From NCBI GenBank assembly GCA_951812955.1, contig OX638340.1, forward strand, positions 512,001-576,000: 64,000 nt of DNA, given 5' to 3'. Positions 59,373 through 64,000 of this stretch are shown here, piece by piece (position 1 is the stretch's first letter; the number at the start of each line of letters is the position of its first letter). The notes beneath the pieces were generated by a model, which was given only the letters and a program-made list of their open reading frames with translations, was not told the origin of the DNA and searched no databases. The position numbers and the translations under genes are program-made. This stretch comes from an uncultured Gemmatimonadota bacterium. Its GTDB lineage: Bacteria > JAAXHH01.

Positions 59373-60839
59373 ATGAACGAAAATGGTATGAACACCTGTC
59401 CCCTGTTTATCGATGGCAGCTGGACCGACGCGGGCGACGTAGCGACGGAACCGGTATTTAACCCATCGGACGGCAGCGTCATCGCGAGAACGCCCATGTG
59501 CGGCGAAACCGAGGTCGATTCGGCGGTCCGGGCAGCCCGTGCGGCCTTGCCCGATTGGTCCGCGACCCCGGTCGTTGACCGTGCGCGGATTCTCTTCCGT
59601 TACGTGCATCTGCTAGAAGAGAACTTCGAAGCGCTGTCCCGCCTGGTAACGCGTGAGCATGGCAAGACCCTGGTAGAAGCCCGGGGTTCGGTGCGCCGCG
59701 GTATCGAAGTCGTGGAATTCGCCTGCGGTGCGCCTACCCTGCTGATGGGCGATTCGCTCGAGCAGATCGCCAGCGGGATCGATTGCGACACCATACGCCA
59801 GCCCGTGGGGGTCTGCGCGGGGATCACCCCTTTCAACTTCCCCGCCATGGTGCCCATGTGGATGTATCCCATCGCCATCGTCTGTGGGAACACCTTCGTA
59901 CTCAAGCCTTCCGAAAAAGTACCCCTCACCGCCATACGGCTCGTGGAACTGCTCCATGAAGCCGGCCTGCCGTCCGGGGTGATGAACCTGGTCCACGGCG
60001 GCGTGGACGTGGTAAACGCCCTGTGCACGCACCCGGATATCGACGCCGTCTCCTTCGTCGGTTCTTCCCCCGTGGCGAGGCACGTCTACCAGACCGCAAC
60101 CGCCCATGGCAAGCGCGTGCAGTCGGCCGGAGGCGCCAAGAACTACATGATTATCCTGCCCGACGCGGACCCTGCCTTCACGGTGGATGCCCTGATCGGC
60201 TCGGTATACGGTTGCGCCGGGGAGCGATGCATGGCCGGCAGTGTGGCCGTGGCCGTGGAGGAAGCGGCGCAGCGCGTGCTGCCTCCGCTGCGCGAAGCGC
60301 TGGATGAAATGAAGGTAGGACCGACGGACCGGGAACCGGCGGCGGACATGGGGCCGGTCGTCACCCGCCAGCACCTCGACAAGGTGCATGGTTATATCGC
60401 TTCGGGCCTGGCGGACGGCGCCTCGCTTTACCGGGACGGCCGCGGTGTTGAAGTACCGCAAACACCGGAAGGCTTCTACCTGGGTCCCACGATATTCGAT
60501 GATGCCGCCACCAGCATGAAAATCGTCCGGGAGGAGATTTTCGGTCCGGTGCTTTCCGTGATTCGCACCGACAGCCTTGACAAGGGCATCGAAGCCTGCA
60601 ATCAGAGCGGATTCGGCAATGCCGCGGTCCTTTTCACGGGCGACGGGAAGGCTGCCAGGACGTTCAGAAACCGGGTCAGCGCCGGGATGGTGGGCATTAA
60701 CGTCGGCGTCCCGGCGCCCATGGCGTTCTTCCCCTTCACGGGCTGGAACGGCTCGTTCTACGGCGACCTGCACATGCAGGGCAAGGAAGGTTTCGCTTTC
60801 TATACCCGTCAGAAAGTCACCATGAGCCGGTGGGCGTGA
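59373..60839 (+). CDS. mmsA: CoA-acylating methylmalonate-semialdehyde dehydrogenase-like aldehyde dehydrogenase
   Basis: ITPFNFPAMVPMWMYPIAIVCGNTFVLKPSEKVP closely matches MmsA/IolA. Catalytic Cys in GERCMA. ATG at 59373 preceded by GAGGAG. The track starts at an upstream TTG. Confidence 0.8.
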   Translation: MNENGMNTCPLFIDGSWTDAGDVATEPVFNPSDGSVIARTPMCGETEVDSAVRAARAALPDWSATPVVDRARILFRYVHLLEENFEALSRLVTREHGKTLVEARGSVRRGIEVVEFACGAPTLLMGDSLEQIASGIDCDTIRQPVGVCAGITPFNFPAMVPMWMYPIAIVCGNTFVLKPSEKVPLTAIRLVELLHEAGLPSGVMNLVHGGVDVVNALCTHPDIDAVSFVGSSPVARHVYQTATAHGKRVQSAGGAKNYMIILPDADPAFTVDALIGSVYGCAGERCMAGSVAVAVEEAAQRVLPPLREALDEMKVGPTDREPAADMGPVVTRQHLDKVHGYIASGLADGASLYRDGRGVEVPQTPEGFYLGPTIFDDAATSMKIVREEIFGPVLSVIRTDSLDKGIEACNQSGFGNAAVLFTGDGKAARTFRNRVSAGMVGINVGVPAPMAFFPFTGWNGSFYGDLHMQGKEGFAFYTRQKVTMSRWA

Positions 60840-60888
60840 GCGCGGCCTAAAGCATTAACGCGGCCATAACCAAATGAGGGATGAAAGC

Positions 60889-61971
60889 ATGTCCAAACCC
60901 GATGTCTACATTTTGAAAACCCAATTGGACGGCGAAGATGCGTTGAACGACGCCGCCTTCGCCACCCCGGCCCGAGAGATGCTGCGCGCGCTGGACATCG
61001 ATCCCGGAAACCGCGCCGTGATGATGAAGCCCAATGTCACGGCGGGAGCGCCGCGCAACAGTGGAATCGTTACGCATCCGGCCTTCGTGGGCGGTATGGT
61101 CGACTACTTTGTCGAGGAAGCGGGTGTGCCGCACGAACGTCTCTACGTCGGCGAAGCGACAAGCCGGCTGACTTCGAAGACGCAACGCGACCTGAGTTGG
61201 GCCCGGAGCGGCTACACGGAGATGGCGCGCGAGAAGCGCGTGCGGCTGCTCGAACTGGCGGACTATGGCAACGTGCGCGTGATGCCGGGCGGCACGGTAC
61301 AGCTCCACAACATCGGGATCTCCCGTTGGGCGGCATCGGAAAACGTGTTCTACATCAACGTTCCCAAACTGAAGACCCACAACCTGGGCGTGGTCACCCT
61401 GTGCGGCAAGAACCAGCAGGGCATCATGATACCGGTCACGGAACGGCACCTGTGCTCGGATGCGTGGCGCGCCACATTCGGACGGGACGACAAGAGAAAG
61501 CAGGGACGGGAATGGATGCGCGAGGAGGACCACGAGGCGTGGCAGCGGACCATTGCGCACATGCACTGGGACGTCTTCCTGGCGTGCCGGCCCGATTTCA
61601 ACCTGGTGGAGGGCATCGTGGGACGAGACGGCAACGCCTTCTACCAGGGCCGCAACTTTCCCACAGGTCTCGCTGTCGCCGGTGAATCCATGGCCGCGGT
61701 GGATCTGGTGGCGGCCCATCTCATGGACTTCGAGCCGCCGAACCTGGTCTATCTTCAGGTCGGGATCGAACGGGGACTTTGTCCGCCCTCGATCGGCGAC
61801 GTGAATGTACATCTCGTCCGGAACGGCGAGGTGGCCGGATTGACCGATGCGGATCGATTCAAGGCCGATCCTCCCTTCGAAGTATACCGCGATATCCCAG
61901 CTGACTACGCCAAAAAAGACCTGTTCGACGAGTACGATCCGAACGCCGAGGACTTTCAGATCACGGCCTGA
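60889..61971 (+). CDS. DUF362 domain protein
   Basis: KPNVTAG, INVPKLKTHNLGVVTLCGKNQQG and GIVGRDGNAF segments match the DUF362 consensus from memory. ATG at 60889 with GAGGGA upstream. Confidence 0.65.
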   Translation: MSKPDVYILKTQLDGEDALNDAAFATPAREMLRALDIDPGNRAVMMKPNVTAGAPRNSGIVTHPAFVGGMVDYFVEEAGVPHERLYVGEATSRLTSKTQRDLSWARSGYTEMAREKRVRLLELADYGNVRVMPGGTVQLHNIGISRWAASENVFYINVPKLKTHNLGVVTLCGKNQQGIMIPVTERHLCSDAWRATFGRDDKRKQGREWMREEDHEAWQRTIAHMHWDVFLACRPDFNLVEGIVGRDGNAFYQGRNFPTGLAVAGESMAAVDLVAAHLMDFEPPNLVYLQVGIERGLCPPSIGDVNVHLVRNGEVAGLTDADRFKADPPFEVYRDIPADYAKKDLFDEYDPNAEDFQITA

Positions 61972-62040
61972 CGGAGAGCCGGATCACGGCCTGACGAAGA
62001 GCCGGTTCTCTCGGCGTGAGGAATACCCGGAGGGTCTCCC

Positions 62041-63225
62041 ATGACACAGGAAGTGGTGGATCCCCTCTACGCCGCTTTGATGTCACCCGGAACGCGTGAC
62101 TATACCCACGGGTTCCTGCCCCCAGAGGATCCGCTTCCCCGCCTGCCCGAGCTTTTCGAGGAATGGGAACAGACCGGCGACGTGTTGCCCAAGCTGGCCC
62201 TGACGCGGCATATCCGCCCCGCGATAGAGGATCTGCCTTCATTCGCGGTCGACCGGCTGGATACCCTCGCAGAGCATGAACGGGCCATGAGTCTGCTGTC
62301 CTTCTTGGCCAACATGTACGTTTTCGCCCCAGATCATCCGGTGGCCACGGCGATCCCCCGGAACCTGGCTCTGGCCTGGCACGGCGTGGCCTGCCGCCTC
62401 GGACGTCCTCCCATGCTGACCTACGCCTCCCAGGTCATGTACAATTGGCGAAGGTTCGACAAGCAAGGCCCCGTCGAAGTCGGCAATCTGCGCATGTTGC
62501 TTAATTTCCTCGGCGGCATGGACGAAGAATGGTTCGTCACCATACACGTGCACATCGAGGCCGTCGCGGGCCGCGCGCTCTCCTTGCTGATCCCCGGCCA
62601 GGAAGCGGTGTTGCGGGGCGAATCGGAAACGATCGCACATTGCCTGGATGCCGTGGCCGAAACGCTACGCGAAATGCGGTCGATCCTGGAGCGGATGACG
62701 GAACGGTGTGATCCGAATACGTACTATCACCGGGTCAGGCCGTACATGTTCGGCTGGAAGAACAACCCTGAATTGCCCGAAGGCATGGTGTATTCGGGCG
62801 TGGAAGCCTACGGCGGCATGCCTCAACAGTTCCGCGGCGAAACCGGGGCGCAGAGCGCGGTCATTTACGCGGTGGACGGGTTTCTCGGTATAGACCACGG
62901 GTACGACGAAATGCGGGCGTACCTGATGGAAATGCGCGACTACATGCCCGTTCAGGACCGCCATTTCATCGAAACGGTGGAAGGCGGACCGTCCGCCAGG
63001 GCGCACGTCCTGGACCGGAAGTCCGACCTGCCGGGGCTGCGGAAATCCTACAACGAAGCCGTGGAAGCCCTTTACGAATTCCGCCGGCTGCACATCGAGT
63101 ACGCTGCGATGTACGTGCTCAAGCCGGGACAAAAGGAATCCAAGGGCCACGTCGGCACCGGCGGCACGCCATTCACGGTATATTTAAAGAAGCACATCGA
63201 CGAAACCCTGGCCCACCGTATCTAG
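62041..63225 (+). CDS. Indoleamine 2,3-dioxygenase (IDO) family haem protein
   Basis: The C-terminal half aligns by eye to human IDO1. MRDYMPVQDRHF matches MRRYMPPAHRNF. RRLHIEYAAMYVL matches RSYHLQIVTKYIL (proximal His). GTGGTPFTVYLKK matches GTGGTDLMNFLKT. Also GETGAQSAVIYAVDGFLGI matches GGSAGQSSVFQCFDVLLGI. Confidence 0.8.
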   Translation: MTQEVVDPLYAALMSPGTRDYTHGFLPPEDPLPRLPELFEEWEQTGDVLPKLALTRHIRPAIEDLPSFAVDRLDTLAEHERAMSLLSFLANMYVFAPDHPVATAIPRNLALAWHGVACRLGRPPMLTYASQVMYNWRRFDKQGPVEVGNLRMLLNFLGGMDEEWFVTIHVHIEAVAGRALSLLIPGQEAVLRGESETIAHCLDAVAETLREMRSILERMTERCDPNTYYHRVRPYMFGWKNNPELPEGMVYSGVEAYGGMPQQFRGETGAQSAVIYAVDGFLGIDHGYDEMRAYLMEMRDYMPVQDRHFIETVEGGPSARAHVLDRKSDLPGLRKSYNEAVEALYEFRRLHIEYAAMYVLKPGQKESKGHVGTGGTPFTVYLKKHIDETLAHRI

Positions 63226-63312
63226 CCGCACTGTGGTCAAAACAGTTGCCCTTTCGTTCTCTCCGTGTTAAATTGTAGTACCGGTAAAGGCCATATCCAC
63301 AAGGGCTTAGAG

Positions 63313-64000
63313 ATGGCGCGCAAGTTCGATATCCCCAATTTCTACAAAAGCGAGATTACCGCCCGGATCAAGCAGGGCCGGAGACTGGTCGATCCCAAGA
63401 AAAAGGACCTGTCGCCCTCCATTCTGGATTTCGACAGCGTCCGGTTTGTCTTCGCCAGGCATTTCGGTTTCTGCTACGGCGTGGAAAACGCAATCGAAAT
63501 CGTATACAAGACTTTGGAGGAACACCCGGACAAGCGGATTTTCCTGCTCAGCGAGATGATCCACAATCCGAATGTCAACACGGATCTGCAGTCCCGGGGC
63601 ATCCGGTTCATTCATACCACCCTGGGCGAACAGCTTATTCCCTGGGACGAATTGACCCCCGATGACCTGGTCGTCGTTCCCGCGTTCGGCACTACGGTGG
63701 AAATCAAGGAGATGCTGACTCGCCGGGGGATCGATTTCTGCACCTACGATACGACCTGTCCCTTCGTCGAGAAGGTCTGGACCCGGGGCGGACAGATCGG
63801 CCAACAGGGATTTACGGTCGTCATTCACGGGAAACCCCGGCACGAAGAGACGCGCGCGACCTTCTCCCACAGTGTCCAGCAGGCCCCGACCGTCGTGGTG
63901 CGTAACCGGGAGGAGACCCGTCTCCTTGCCGATATCATCACGGGGAGATCAACCCGGGACCGGTTTTTCGAAGTATTCGGCGAAAACTGCTCGAAGGGAT
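63313..64000 (+). CDS. ispH: 4-hydroxy-3-methylbut-2-enyl diphosphate reductase, long (cyanobacterial/plant-type) form; 5' portion only, runs off the window end
   Basis: FGFCYGVENAI (first Fe-S Cys), TTCPFVEKV (second Cys) and HGKPRHEETRATFSH (conserved His-Glu region) align to E. coli IspH motifs. Not in the ORF track because no stop lies within the window. Confidence 0.7.
   Translation, partial: MARKFDIPNFYKSEITARIKQGRRLVDPKKKDLSPSILDFDSVRFVFARHFGFCYGVENAIEIVYKTLEEHPDKRIFLLSEMIHNPNVNTDLQSRGIRFIHTTLGEQLIPWDELTPDDLVVVPAFGTTVEIKEMLTRRGIDFCTYDTTCPFVEKVWTRGGQIGQQGFTVVIHGKPRHEETRATFSHSVQQAPTVVVRNREETRLLADIITGRSTRDRFFEVFGENCSKG

Noticed and set aside
59613-61812. Minus-strand ORFs of 386 aa and 321 aa overlapping mmsA and the DUF362 gene
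   Set aside because: They are antisense artefacts. The plus-strand genes carry recognisable ALDH and DUF362 motifs.

Overview
This is a high-GC bacterial chromosomal segment, estimated by eye at above 60% GC. It is dominated by core metabolism and transport genes. It contains no transposase or integrase genes, no CRISPR array and no rRNA.

Two tRNAs were found by hand-folding: tRNA-Arg(CCT) at 6517-6589 and tRNA-Thr(CGT) at 8002-8074.

In order, the window contains:
- A BtuF-like binding protein next to an exporter-fold ABC half-transporter and a coupled small protein (0.07-3.7 kb).
- A YbaN-like membrane protein, a TPR protein, an SDR and a zinc alcohol dehydrogenase.
- An amidohydrolase-family gene.
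- A voltage-gated K+ channel.
- A 2095-aa single-module, fully reducing type I PKS (KS-AT-DH-ER-KR-ACP, no thioesterase). It is fused to the 3' end of a conserved operon, yceD-rpmF-fabD-fabG-acpP-fabF-rnc, through a LipM/LplA-family acyltransferase gene. The canonical plsX and fabH genes are absent.
- sucCD, xylB, a sigma-70 factor, an Opp-type binding protein and an APC permease.
- moaA plus a rhodanese-MoeB fusion.
- ilvD, an arginase and a cupin.
- A PEP-hydrolase-like TIM-barrel protein.
- An 803-aa protein of unknown function and a PhyH dioxygenase.
- An operon of glnS, a DUF4432-like protein and an EEP nuclease.
- A roughly 1.7 kb low-GC island carrying only a KAP-family P-loop NTPase, next to a COG1373 AAA+ ATPase.
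- A SAM methyltransferase.
- A sugar ABC importer (binding protein plus two permeases).
- Two Na+-coupled symporters (SSS and AGCS).
- A putative catabolic cluster of a Gfo/Idh/MocA oxidoreductase, an MmsA-like aldehyde dehydrogenase, a DUF362 protein and a bacterial indoleamine 2,3-dioxygenase homologue.
- The 5' part of ispH.

The ORF track uses GTG and TTG as well as ATG starts, all shown as M. Several gene starts were re-placed at internal ATG codons with Shine-Dalgarno-like sequences, checked in the DNA. Most long ORFs lying antisense to these genes are GC-driven artefacts.

Several intergenic tandem-repeat arrays are noted: upstream of acpP, sucC, the APC permease and ilvD, and downstream of the sugar ABC permease.

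The strongest candidates for something new are the PKS grafted onto the fab operon and the foreign-composition KAP NTPase island.
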